A DNA stretch of 64,000 nucleotides, taken from Macrostomum lignano. Lineage: Eukaryota. The position numbers were made by a program, and so were the translations under genes. The stretch lies in NCBI GenBank assembly GCA_002269645.1, contig NIVC01001393.1:1-64000 (forward strand). Reading direction: 5' to 3'. The notes beneath the pieces are model-generated. The model was given only the letters and a program-made list of their open reading frames with translations. It had not been told where the DNA came from and ran no database searches. Of the stretch, positions 16,307 through 48,342 are shown piece by piece (within the stretch, counting starts at the first letter, position 1; each line of letters begins with the position of its first letter).

Positions 16307-16490
16307 TTTAATCGAAGATGTAAAGTTTTGACTGGACTGTTTCAATGTTAAAAAGCTCAAATACGATTCATATTTTTTCGAGAAATCTTAAAGGCCAATT
16401 GGATAAGAGGCTATACATCAAACTACACGATTATGATTAAAGTTTCTTGGAATGAGAAATATTTGAATTGGCGCGTTTTGTCCGCTATTA

Positions 16491-16854
16491 TTAGGCTTTT
16501 CACGAAGATCGGTTCTAGAATCAGAATAATTCCGATTCCAGAACAGAATCGGTAGGAAAATGAAAAGCTTCGAAAACATTTTATGTTGGTCAGTCTTTAC
16601 AATTAATTTTGTCTTTACTTGGCTTTGTTTCTTCTTGGATATGACAAAAACGGAATAATTATACACCAATAATATAAATTTGACGATTTCAAATCTATTT
16701 TACTGTTAAAATGTATGAAACGGATCAAGAAAATTTATTGATCCAAATTCCAGAACCAGAACACGGTTCTGAAACCGATTTTGAAAACGGAATAGACAAT
16801 ATGAAAAGCTTCAAACCGATTCTGGTTCTGGAATCGGTAATATGAAAAGCCTAA
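16491..16854. mobile_element. MITE, 364 bp, 12-bp TIR TTAGGCTTTTCA/TGAAAAGCCTAA, TA target duplication (Tc1/mariner-type)
   Basis: TA at 16489-90 and 16855-56. Internal TGAAAAGC repeats at ~16561 and ~16802, plus short GGTTCT/AGAACC inverted motifs. Confidence 0.7.
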
Positions 16855-17399
16855 TAGATGCTGTTTTACTTAATTATAATTTTTTTATTAGATGATGCTC
16901 TAATATCGCGTAATAATAACTTGAAAAATAATAAAGTGTACTAAATTCCCAGATTAATAGTTTAATAATATGCAGTTTGCTTTAATACAGCTCTTAATTA
17001 CGTCCAGCGACCAGCATAATAGCAACCATAAGCCAGAAAACAAGCCAGAGAATTTCTTTCGATTTCGATTTCGCATAAACCGAGGGTGGTCCACGTACGT
17101 GCAGCTCCCAAAACCTCTTTATCGGGTCCTTTTAAACTTTACAATAGCAATCTGGCCCGATCAAGATTGGGGTACCTCTTCTTAGCTCCAATCGAATCTT
17201 CTCTCCTGTCTTCGATCTTCTCTTCTCTCCTCTTCTTCTCTCTCTCCTCTCACCTCTTCTCTCTCATCTCTCCTCTTCTTCTCTTCGCTCTTCTATCTTA
17301 TTGTCTCTCTTCTCTCTCTCTCTCTCGCCTTTTATTCGTTCCTCTCTCCTCTCATCTCCCTCCTCTCATTTTTCCTCTCCTCGTCTCCTCGTTTTTTTT

Positions 17400-18262
17400 T
17401 TGCTTAATACTCCCTACTGGCGGGGATTATCGCAACCCCATCGCAACCCCAATGTAAAAGAAACCAAGGATTAACCTTGGGGGTGCGCCCAGTCCCCGCC
17501 AGCAGTCAGAATTGGTTAACAGAGGAGGCATCGGCGACCCTCACCCGGCCGGTATCTTGGACGAAGGCGTGAAGGTCACGGATGTTGTCGAGGGTGGTCA
17601 GCTCGTCCATCCGCTGGGGGTGGCCGAGGTGCTTGTGCCGCACCTTGTTGAAGTGAGGGCAGAAGGTGATGTGATGCTCCGCGGTCTCTCTCCTACCACA
17701 GAAAAGACAGGTGGGAGCTGGCAAACGGTTTGCAACGAGATATGTCTCTGGAAGAATCCATGGCCGGTTAGAACCATGCACATCTCACTGGGGTGGGTTC
17801 TGTTAAGTAGATCAGATAGTCAGAGACTTTCCTGTTCAGGTTAGGCATCGCAGAGCGGGTCTGCCTAGTCGGTGCAGCTGTTCCAGTGAAGCTGGTGTTG
17901 CTGGTGGAGCGACCTGTTGATATGGCGGGTGACTTGCGACCTAGGCATGGGTAGTCTCATCAGGAGGTGGTTGCCGTCTGGATTGCTACCCTCCTTGGCG
18001 AGAGAGTCCGCGAGTTCGTTACCCAAGGATATTGCTGTGGCCGGGTGTCTTGACTATCAGTGTAGAAATGAATATTCAAATTCCTAACGTTCGCCTGGAG
18101 CAGGTGCTGGGCACACTGCTCAATGGCACAGATTTTGGCTTGGAAAACCGAGGTGTTCTCAATGAGCTGGTGCAGACTTTCCTAAAGGAGCATCTTACCT
18201 TCGTTGAAGATGGCCCTCGAGTTCTTCTAAACTTCAAAGTAGCAGTCCGGCCTGCTCAAGGT
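17400..18262 (-). mobile_element. Degenerate non-LTR retrotransposon ORF2 3' end: RNase H plus CCHC zinc knuckle (I/R1/Loa-like group)
   Basis: [41 protein letters not shown] (RNase H); [30 protein letters not shown] (knuckle). Frameshifted. 3' hairpin CCAAGG-ATTAA-CCTTGG at ~17464-17480. TC-rich tracts flank it (17200-17400, 18270-18540). Confidence 0.88.
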
Positions 18263-19576
18263 TTGTGTCTCTTCTCAGCTCCCTTGTCGAATCTCCTCTC
18301 CTTATCTTCTCTCCTCTTTCTTCTTCTCTTCGCTCTCCTCTCTCCTCTGTCTCCTTCTCTTTGCTCCTTTTACCTCTCCTTTTTCCTCATGTTCTCGATC
18401 TTGTCATGGGCACACGCTCCCTTCTCTCCTCTTTCCTCTCCTGTCATCTCTTTTCTTCTTTATTACAGTACCTCGCCTCTCCTTTCTCCGATCTCTCCTC
18501 TCTTTTCTCTATTTCCCTCTCCTCTCTCGCCACTCCTCTAACCCGCAGGCATGCGCTACATGTACCGCATAGGTTCTTTATCTGGCCCTTGTTATAAACG
18601 GTTGTAAACATGCATGGGTACGAGGGTGGTTAACACGAACTCAGTGAATCGAGCATGCGCTTGCTCGTGTTGTAGTACTTACTCGTAAGAAAGTTCAAAG
18701 TCGTATCAAATCGAAAGAATTCAATTCCACTTTAACTTGTGAAATATAACATCGGAACCTTTAAATTTGAATCGGCATTGGCGTGCCATCATCTAAAGTA
18801 TATATTAATTCATATCGGGTGTAGTATGTCCTTAATAAGTTTTTATCATCGTCTTGATGTTGCAGTAGTGCTTCATATTTTAGCTGCAATCGAATTCATC
18901 GATCGAACTCTCAATCAAATCAGCTGCTGACCGGGCCGAAGAAGTCAGCCCAGCAGTGGAGTTGCTCCCCTGTATGGCTAGCCCCATCGATGTCTTTCTC
19001 ATCCTCATAAATCAGTCATTTCCAATGCAGACGTCTCTCAAAAATTTGTCTCTCCCCCTCACCAGCACAGGAGAAGCTGGGTTGCTTCTTCTACTCAGGA
19101 GAGACACAGGGCGGAGATGAGGAGATCGCGAACGGCCTGCTTCAACTGCCGCACCTCAGCATCCGAGCGGCATTCCATTCATTCATTGGGGTTGGGTTGG
19201 TCGGAGGGGACGAAACACTGGCCGGGGAAGAGAGGCAAGGGAGAACGCAGTTGCGGAGAGGGAATAGAATCGAGAGGACAAGGAGGAGCAGAGAATTCCC
19301 CGAAGGGGGAAAATGGATTTTTCAGGCACGCTGCTCAATCATGCATCGATTATTGGAGCGGAGTGAAGAAATGGGGAATTCTTTATTCTTCCAAGCGATG
19401 GAGAATGGGAATAAACATAAACAGAATCCCCGTGCTCTAAGGGGTAATGAGATTCCACTCATAGTTTTCAGATACAACTAGAGATTAGCTACGTGCATTG
19501 ATATGAAGTCTCGATTCATTCCAATGTTAGAATGCTTTAACAGCAACATTAAACTTGCTTTTGAATTGGGGAGGGG

Positions 19577-19835
19577 CGCCAGCATCAGGGACGCCAGCAC
19601 CAGACGCGCCAGCACCAGACGCGCCAGCACCAGACGCGCCAGCACCAGACGCGCCAGCACCAGACGCGCCAGCACCAGACGCGCCAGCACCAGACGCGCC
19701 AGCACCAGACGCGCCAGCACCAGACGCGCCAGCACCAGACGCGCCAGCACCAGACGCGCCAGCACCAGACGCGCCAGCACCAGACGCGCCAGCACCAGAC
19801 GCGCCAGCACCAGGGGCGCCAGCACCAGGGGCGCC
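19577..19835. repeat. 15-bp GC-rich tandem (GCCAGCACCAGACGC), ~17 copies
   Basis: Seen directly. All four overlapping ORFs are repeat artefacts. Confidence 0.95.
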
Positions 19836-20986
19836 AAAGCCACTGCCCTAGGCCCTCGAATTCACTAGAAGTCAAGCTAGAGCTATATTAACGTTGAGAA
19901 ACTATAATCAATATAATATAGTATTATAATATTACTAGTATTGATTCTGGCATCAAATTTTGCTTGTAGAAGAGTATCGACCAGTTGGTTTTATTATCAA
20001 TAGTAATATTACTATTATTATACAACGTTCCATCTCTTCTGTCAGCATCTGAGCAGTCGATCGATAACTCCTTTAAGCAATCAGCGAGTGCCCCCAACGC
20101 ATATCGATCTGTCCAGAATCCCCCATAAGCCTGCAGTCTCTATCGGCCGCTAGCTATTGTTTTATCAATACACAGCCAGCTGCGTCAGTCAAGAGACAAA
20201 TCGATCAGTATTATTAAACCAATCAATATCAACTTCGATAAACGATTCAAAGTGAAAATTGCCCTCCGTTGGAGAGACTTTGGCCAAAAGCCGGTCACGT
20301 CAGTCCACGTGCTGCCATCGTCCTGTTCACAGGGGGGGGTGCAGTCTGCCTGCTGTATTGATAAACTGGTGTACACACTGATTCCAGTGCTTGGGCCCGA
20401 TGCTAGCATTTGCCTAATGGGGTGGGGGCTGCATGGAGGGGATTAGGAGGGAGCGGGACTCGATCGCGACCTCCCCGCATTCTCCTAAGCGCAACTTGTT
20501 GCAACCCCCCCCCCTTTTATCATTTCCTTCCCCCCGGTCCGTCCGCCTCTGTCCAGAAGAGCTGCGAGGAATGAATGGAAAAATATGAGAGGGCTGGGGG
20601 AGAGGAGGGGAGAGCAATCGGAACGATTGGGAGAGATGACGGACGGAAGCTGGGACGGGCGGTATTGGACACGGGGGTTGGGATGACTTGAATCGGGGGA
20701 GGGGGGCAAACAAGCCCCAGGTACCCCCGTGTGCAGGACTGAGGCATGCATGGGATTCAGTCCAGGTAGAGGGTAAACACGGGACAAAAATCGATAGCAG
20801 ATAATCAGGGATCGCTGCGCCACCCCATCGCGGCTGGCAGCCTCCCTCCCGCTTCCCCAGCCCCTATAACTGCCCATTCAGGCGGACTCGTCGCCGGAGG
20901 TAATTTTTTGAAAACGAAAATCCTCAAAAGACAAAGTGCGAGATAGAGAAACTTGAAATTAAACTCGGCAGTTTATTAGCGGCCGG

Positions 20987-30275
<9,289 letters not shown>

Positions 30276-30459
30276 CCGAGGCTGCGGAGGGATTCTACTG
30301 CTGCAGCCAGGACTCACAGGGAGCCTCTGCCCTATAGGAGGGGCGCAGGACTCATAGATTTCTCTTTAGATGTTCGCCGTCTCTAGATCGGTCTCTGGAT
30401 TTCCTTCACTAATTCCATCTGGTTTTGGCCCTTGCGTTCGTTCTGTCCTCTTTCCATTT

Positions 30460-32240
30460 TGCTTCCTCTCCTCCCTCTCCCCCTCTCCTCCCTCTCTCCC
30501 TCTCCTCCTTCTCTCCCTCTCCTCCTTCTCCCCCTCTCCTCCTTCTCTCCCTCTCGCCCCTCTCCCCCTCTCGCCCCTCTCCTCCCTCTCTCCCTCTCCT
30601 CCTTCTCTCCCTCTCCTCCCTCTCGCCCCTCTCCCCCTCTCGCCCCTCTCGCCCCTCTCCTCCCTCTCTCCCTCTCCTCCTTCTCCCCCTCTCCCCCTCT
30701 CGCCCCTCTCCTCCCTCTCCTCCCTCTCCTCCCTCTCGCCCCTCTCCCCCTCTCGCCCCTCTCCTCCCTCTCCTCCCTCTCCTCCCTCTCGCCCCTCTCC
30801 TCCCTCTCTCCCTCTCCTCCTTCTCTCCCTCTCCTCCCTCTCGCCCCTCTCCCCCTCTCCTCCCTCTCGCCCCTCTCCTCCCTCTCCTCCCTCTCGCCCC
30901 TCTCCCCTCTCGCCCCTCTCCTCCCTCTCTCCCTCTCCTCCTTCTCTCCCTCTCCTCCCTCTCGCCCCTCTCCCCTCTCCCCCTCTCGCCCCTCTCCTCC
31001 CTCTCCTCCCTCTCCTCCCTCTCGCCCCTCTCCCCCTCTCGCCCTCTCCTCCCTCTCCTCCCTCTCCTCCCTCTCGCCCCTCTCCTCCCTCTCTCTCTCT
31101 CTCCTTCTCTCCCTCTCCTCCTCTCGCCCCTCTCCCCCTCTCGCCCCTCTCGCCCCTCTCCTCCCTCTCCTCCCTCTCGCCCTCTCCCCTCTCGCCCCTC
31201 TCCTCCCTCTCTCCCTCTCCTCCTTCTCTCCCTCTCCTCCCTCTCGCCCCTCTCCCCCTCTCCTCCCTCTCCCCCTCTCCTCCCTCTCTCCCTCTCCTCC
31301 TTCTCTCCCTCTCCTCCCTCTCGCCCCTCTCCCCCTCTCGCCCCTCTCGCCCCTCTCCTCCCTCTCCTCCTCTCGCCCCTCTCCCCCTCTCGCCCCTCTC
31401 CTCCCTCTCTCCCTCTCCTCCTTCTCTTCCTCTCCTCCCTCTCGCCCTCTCCCCTCTCGCCCCTCTCGCCCCTCTCCCCCTCTCCTCCCTCTCCCCCTCT
31501 CCTCCTCTCTCCCTCTCCTCCTTCTCTCCCTCTCCTCCCTCTCGCCCCTCTCCCCCTCTCGCCCCTCTCGCCCCTCTCCTCCCTCTCCTCCCTCTCGCCC
31601 CTCTCCCCTCTCGCCCCTCTCCTCCCTCTCCTCCCTCTCCTCCCTCTCGCCCCTCTCCCCCTCTCGCCCCTCTCGCCCCTCTCCTCCCTCTCTCCCTCTC
31701 CTCCTTCTCCCCCTCTCCCCTCTCGCCCCTCTCCTCCCTCTCCTCCCTCTCCTCCCTCTCGCCCTCTCCCCCTCTCGCCCCTCTCGCCCCTCTCCTCCCT
31801 CTCCTCCCTCTCGCCCCTCTCCCCTCTCGCCCCTCTCCTCCCTCTCTCCCTCTCCTCCTTCTCTCCCTCTCCTCCCTCTCCTCCCTCTCCCCTCTCCTCC
31901 CTCTCCCCCTCTCCTCCCTCTCTCCCTCTCCTCCTTCTCTCCCTCTCCTCCTTCTCCCCCTCCCCCTCTCGCCCCTCTCGCCCCTCTCCTCCCTCTCCTC
32001 CCTCTCGCCCCTCTCCCCTCTCGCCCCTCTCCTCCCTCTCTCCCTCTCCTCCTTCTCTCCCTCTCCTCCCTCTCGCCCCTCTCGCCCCTCTCCCCCTCTC
32101 GCCCCTCTCGCCCCTCTCCTCCCTCTCCTCCCTCTCGCCCCTCTCGCCCCTCTCCTCCCTCTCGCCCCTCTCCTCCCTCTCGCCCCTCTCCTCCCTCTCG
32201 CCCCTCTCCCCCTCTCCTCCCTCTCTTCCCTCTCCTCTAC
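30460..32240. repeat. 1.8-kb polypyrimidine tract (CTCCTCCCTCT / CGCCCCTCT units) downstream of the Cux stop
   Basis: Seen directly. The three ~630-aa S/P/L ORFs are artefacts. Confidence 0.97.
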
Positions 32241-32941
32241 TCCTTTACTTTCTCAGACTATCACTGTTTTTCAGGGATCAAAATAGAAACCTGTGAGGGG
32301 CACCGTTCGTAAGATGAAACTGTTATATAATTATATAAGTTGATCACAATCAGTCTACTAACAGTAATATGCTGCAGCCAACGCCTTCACATGTCTACTG
32401 TTCTGCCCAAAACTGCACCATTTTTACCCACTGCCCTATCAGTGAGCGGTGTACTTTAACCTCTACCTGCGTGTAAATATGACTTCTACTGTTTCACCTA
32501 AATCGATTCACTAATTCCTTTTATTACCGACTTTGATTTCCTAGCATCCAATTTCGAAATGGAACTACAAACTTCAGTTTTTAATTTGACTTTGTGGGAA
32601 AAATTCCCTTTACTTCTTCTGTGTTTGTCTGTCCTTTCCCACTGTTTCTAGACCCAGTACAGCAGATAGGTTCTGTCAAAAACGTCCACGGCCAGTTGAA
32701 ACTCTGACATTTATATGAGATGTGCTAACAAATAAAAGCTCTCACAACAATTACTGACAACTGCAGAGTGTTTGCGCAGAAATCAGAGCAAAAATACAGT
32801 TATTATTCATTTTTTCTTCGGGCGTCCCAATGCTTGAGACTTAAGTTACAGAGGGAAAACTATTGCAATTTGAGGCATCATACTTTATTCTTTATAAGTG
32901 AAACTATTGGTGATAAACATGCTTGGGTATATAAACATATT

Positions 32942-33347
32942 TACTTATAAAGAATAGTTTAGCCTGTGTAACTCAAGTCTCAAACATTTTTGAAAGCTGC
33001 AAGATTTTGATTTGCCTGAGTTTCCTGCTATGCCAAGTTCAGGCAGCTGCGTAAAAATAACCAAGTAGTGTCAACATTATGCGCTGCCGAAATTACGGCC
33101 TCATATAGACATTCTTCAGCGCCCCAGCCTTGGAGCATTCCCAGAAGCCTTGCAGACTCTGCTAGCGAAGTCACTCTAAAACAGAATGCTGCAGAGTGTA
33201 CCTGCAGTATTAATTATGCAGGCCCATGCTGGCACCACTGCCCGACGCCCCCCCCCCCATGTAGACGCCCAAAAATTTGTGAGAGCATCGAATTCTAACC
33301 CTGGCAACCAAACTCGGGCTATAATTGGCTCAGGCGATTCTCCGTGA
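32942..33347 (+). repeat. 406-bp direct repeat, copy 1 (copy 2 at 34513-34917)
   Basis: TACTTATAAAGAATAG...GGCGATTCTCCGTGA. The copies appear identical except for one C in a poly-C run. Confidence 0.95.
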
Positions 33348-34510
33348 CTATTGGTGATAAACATGCTTGGGTCTCAGTTGATTTCATCGAATACATATCC
33401 AGTGCTATGAGCTTTAGCATACAAAATGTACTTTTTAAAGTGCAACACTCTACATGAAACCTGGTTAGTTATAGCCATAGACATAAATGAATCGCTTGCT
33501 TCTTCAAGCCTGGAAGAGCGACAGCCATGGATGAAGGAATACCATGGATTGCGCATCTGAAATAGTCTATGGTCGAATTGTCCCCTCAAAACTTGGAATT
33601 TACCCCCATAGGAATCCATTGGCTGATGAAAGTAAAAAATAATCCACCCGTAGGACTTGACCTGGTTGCTTGAAAGCCAAATAAATCAATAGTACATTAA
33701 TACCCATGCTTTCAGGGCGTTATTGGTAAAACCAGAGGGCACCGCTAGGCGCTCGAGGATTTCTCATTAACGCCCGTAAAGCATAGGTATTACTATTATT
33801 GTGCCATAGACATTTGTGTCCTTGACAAAGTGGGACAGAATAATCGGGCGTTAAATGTCATTAACTGCCCTCTAATTTGCATTAAAGTAAGTTTGACATA
33901 GACAATCGGGCGTTAAATGTCATTAACTGCCCGCTAATTTGCATTAAAGTAAGTTTGACATAGACAATCGGGCGTTAAATGTCATTAACTGCCCTCTAAT
34001 TTGCATTAAAGTAAGTTTGACATAGACAATCGGGCGTTAAATGTCATTAACTGCCCTCTAATTTGCATTAAAGTAAGTTTGACATAGACAATCGGGCGTT
34101 AAATGTCATTAACTGCCCTCTAATTTGCATTAAAGTAAGTTTGACATAGACAATCGGGCGTTAAATGTCATTAACTGCCCGCTAATTTGCATTAAAGTAA
34201 GTTTGACATAGACAATCGGGCGTTAAATGTCATTAACTGCCCGCTAATTTGCATTAAAGTAAGTTTGACATAGACAATCGGGCGTTAAATGTCATTAACT
34301 GCCCGTTAATTTCGATATTTCTTTCCTGCAAGCGGGCTTAAATGTAGTCTATGGCATTAAAAGGCAAGAATAAGTGCCCAGCGGGCACAAAGGTCATGGT
34401 ACAATAGGCTTTACCAGCTTCCTAGCTTTACCAGCTTGAGACGCTCGGTGCAGACTGGATGTATTTGATGAAATCATCTGAGATTGAAGCATGCTTATAT
34501 CACCAATAGT
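33347..34510. mobile_element. Non-autonomous DNA transposon with ~55-60-bp imperfect TIRs (ACTATTGGTGATA...TATCACCAATAGT)
   Basis: Left end ACTATTGGTGATAAACATGCTTGGGTCTCAGTTGATTTCATCGAATACATATCCAG aligns with the reverse complement of 34452-34510. No TSD visible. A 24-bp copy of the left end sits at 32903-32927. Confidence 0.75.
33839..34310. repeat. 62-bp tandem array (~7.5 copies) inside the TIR element
   Basis: Units start at 33901, 33963, 34025, 34087, 34149, 34211 and 34273. Confidence 0.95.
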
Positions 34511-34512
34511 TG

Positions 34513-34917
34513 TACTTATAAAGAATAGTTTAGCCTGTGTAACTCAAGTCTCAAACATTTTTGAAAGCTGCAAGATTTTGATTTGCCTGAGTTTCCTGCT
34601 ATGCCAAGTTCAGGCAGCTGCGTAAAAATAACCAAGTAGTGTCAACATTATGCGCTGCCGAAATTACGGCCTCATATAGACATTCTTCAGCGCCCCAGCC
34701 TTGGAGCATTCCCAGAAGCCTTGCAGACTCTGCTAGCGAAGTCACTCTAAAACAGAATGCTGCAGAGTGTACCTGCAGTATTAATTATGCAGGCCCATGC
34801 TGGCACCACTGCCCGACGCCCCCCCCCCATGTAGACGCCCAAAAATTTGTGAGAGCATCGAATTCTAACCCTGGCAACCAAACTCGGGCTATAATTGGCT
34901 CAGGCGATTCTCCGTGA
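34513..34917 (+). repeat. 405-bp direct repeat, copy 2
   Basis: See copy 1. Confidence 0.95.
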
Positions 34918-35329
34918 GTCTGTCCCCAAACAGTTTCTGCTTATCCACAGCTGCTAGGAAAGAAAATTCATCTGCAAAGCAGAGGAAGAAGACACTTCAG
35001 TTTCATAAATTCTACGTACCTGATAGGTGAGCTCAATTTAACAAATTTCCAGAGCATAAGTTTTGCAACTTTAAAAAAAACATTTTAATTGCTATAGCTG
35101 TACAGAGAAATTGATCATAGATTGAAAATCTCATTTGTCATATTGCGTGACCCTCCGCAACTGGCAATCCATACAATATAGATTAGTATCCATGCCTTGC
35201 GTGGCCTTGTAGATTGCAACTTCGAATAGTAAGGATTTGTACTTTTACAAGTTCGAAATTAGAGTTATAACTACCTTGTTACGTATTGTAGTATATTCAG
35301 TGTTGAATTCCACAACATTAAAGTACTCA

Positions 35330-35419
35330 CTCCTCTCTCCTCTCTCCTCTCTCCTCTCTCCTCTTTCCTCTCTCCTCTCTCCTCTCTCCTATCTCCTCTC
35401 TCCTCTCTCCTCTCTCCTC

Positions 35420-35470
<51 letters not shown>

Positions 35471-35725
35471 CCCTCTCTTCTCTCTTCTCTCTCCTCTCTC
35501 CTCTCTCCTCTCTCCTCTCTCCTCTCTCCTGTCTCCTGTCTCCTGTCCCCTCTCTCCTCTCTTCTCTCTCCTCTCTTCTCTCTCCTCTCTCCTCTCTCCT
35601 CTCTCCTCTCTCCTATCTCCTCTCTCCTCTCTCCTCTCTCCTGTCTCCTGTCTCTTGTCCCCTCTTTCCTCTCTACTCTATCTTCTCTCTTCTCTCCTCT
35701 CTCCTCTCTCATGTCTCTTCTCTCC
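35330..35725. repeat. TC-rich microsatellite (CTCTCCT / TCTCCTG units) just upstream of the channel gene's first coding exon
   Basis: Seen directly. Confidence 0.92.
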
Positions 35726-35780
35726 AGCTAGCGATTCTTGTGATAAAAAAACGGTTTATACCTGATTTCAGATCCCAACG

Positions 35781-46507
<10,727 letters not shown>

Positions 46508-48342
46508 TATTCCTGTTTGGAAATTAAATTATTATTCAATCAGTAATTCGTTGTTTCGTGCAGCATATATATTCAAATCAGAACTCAAAGCGTTTTAGTA
46601 TATCCACGTATGCCCCTGTTTTCTACAGCTAATTGAACAACATGATCTGCTAACACCTAGTCGCAATAATTTAAAGAGAAACGATGCTTAGTTCTACACC
46701 TGTTGCAATATATTCATGCTTGTACACACATTTGACAGGCACTGCACTTTAATTACAGTCGTACATGTACATTTTTACTCATGGTCGCAACATCGAATCG
46801 ATGCTGTCGTTCACGTTTTAATTAGAAATGTTAAAATTCTTGGATGTTGTCTTTAAAACTAGTTGCATTCTGTTGAATGTATATAAACAAAGTCAATAAA
46901 AAATTTATGTCATTATTGAATTGGGAATGTTTTGTTTGTTTGAGGTACAAATGTGTTATCCGAAACAATGCCATGTATTGCATATAATGAAAAATAAATG
47001 TTTCAGTCATCCAACGAATGTAGAATAGATTCTCATTCTAAATCATGTTCTTCTATATAATTCTCAAATTATCCTGGATTTATAAATTAAGGCTGCTAAA
47101 ACAACGATAAGAGCTGTAGGCTTGAGCAAGCTCACCATCATCGCTGGTTAACTGATTCCTTTAGAAAAATAATATTTTCACTACTAGTGTCCCAAGTTTT
47201 GAGAACGACCCATACATAAAATTTGTTGCTATAACAAATTTATTAAGTACCTCGTGCAAAAACTTGGCGGAAAAATGCTTGAATATGTTTCTTTAATTAT
47301 TAAAAGTTTTTTTTAACTTTTTATAGACTTTATATAAATATCATAATTTTTCGACTCTTTAAAGAGTCATTAGATCTTGGAATTTAACTTTATTGAGTGT
47401 TGTTCTTTTCCTTATTTGGGGGCGTTACGTAGGTGTCTGGCGATAGCCGATAGAGTATGTTTGTAATTATTGTGTATTTGTAGCTACAGCGCCGACATGC
47501 TGGTTATTGGCTTTCTACTGTCAATTGAAATTATGTAGATATTTTTATACCATTTGCTAGCTACATCTGAAACAGAATATTTTAAATACATGTTTTGTAA
47601 AAGATAGATTAGGAATCGAATTTGTCATTTGGATCAAGCTTAGATGCATAATTTATCATATTGATTATTACCAGACATAAAAATAATATAGAAAAGTACA
47701 ACTTTTGCTCGAAATGAAAAAAATTCTGTTTGTGTCACTAAGTCTAAGTAATAGTATTCTATTTAAAAATTAGTATAATCCTGTGATTAAACAATAATTT
47801 TAAGGCTAGTGGGGTAATTTTACGACATAATTTTTGTCATGAATTGTCTTCTAATACGAGTATTTATCAAATATCATTAAGCATTAACTTAGACATGCAA
47901 CAAAACTTATGCATGAAAGTTTGTCATAAAGTCAAAATAATGTCAAGATACTTCCAAAAAATGAAAAGCTACAAACAAATTTCAAATATTCTGCTGACTA
48001 TTAGCGCATTTCTTTATACTCTATGATAAAATGTTTAACATAGAGTGCATACAAAAAAAACACAAATTTCACTCAACGCCCATTAGAAATGTTACCATGA
48101 AAAGCAAATGAATGCATAATTGTTTATTTTATTATTAATGTCATAATAATAATAGTAACTATACTTTCATACTTTCAAAGTTTTTATTTTTTATAATTAT
48201 TTTTATATCTGCTGTATTTAGTGACTACTATACATATGTCGTATAGGATATAGACCTCATAATTGATGTCTTAAGTAGCTTCATGAGTAACCTCTGAGTC
48301 TATAAATCCTATATTATTGCAGCCTTGAGCACAGTTACAGTT

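Noticed and set aside
12700-17000. Contaminant or horizontally acquired island based on AT richness alone
   Set aside because: The intergenic region 46500-48300 is similarly AT-rich, and much of this block is explained by TIR elements. Kept only as a weaker hypothesis for the DUF4787 gene.
30370-32312. Three ~630-aa Ser/Pro/Leu ORFs resembling extensin or mucin
   Set aside because: All three frames are open because the CT tract cannot encode stops.
33839-34310. 62-bp array as a possible CRISPR
   Set aside because: No unique spacers, eukaryotic context, and no cas genes.
32942-34917. LTR retrotransposon interpretation of the 406-bp direct repeats
   Set aside because: No TG..CA termini, PBS/PPT, TSD or gag/pol remnants. 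The interior is bounded by TIRs instead.
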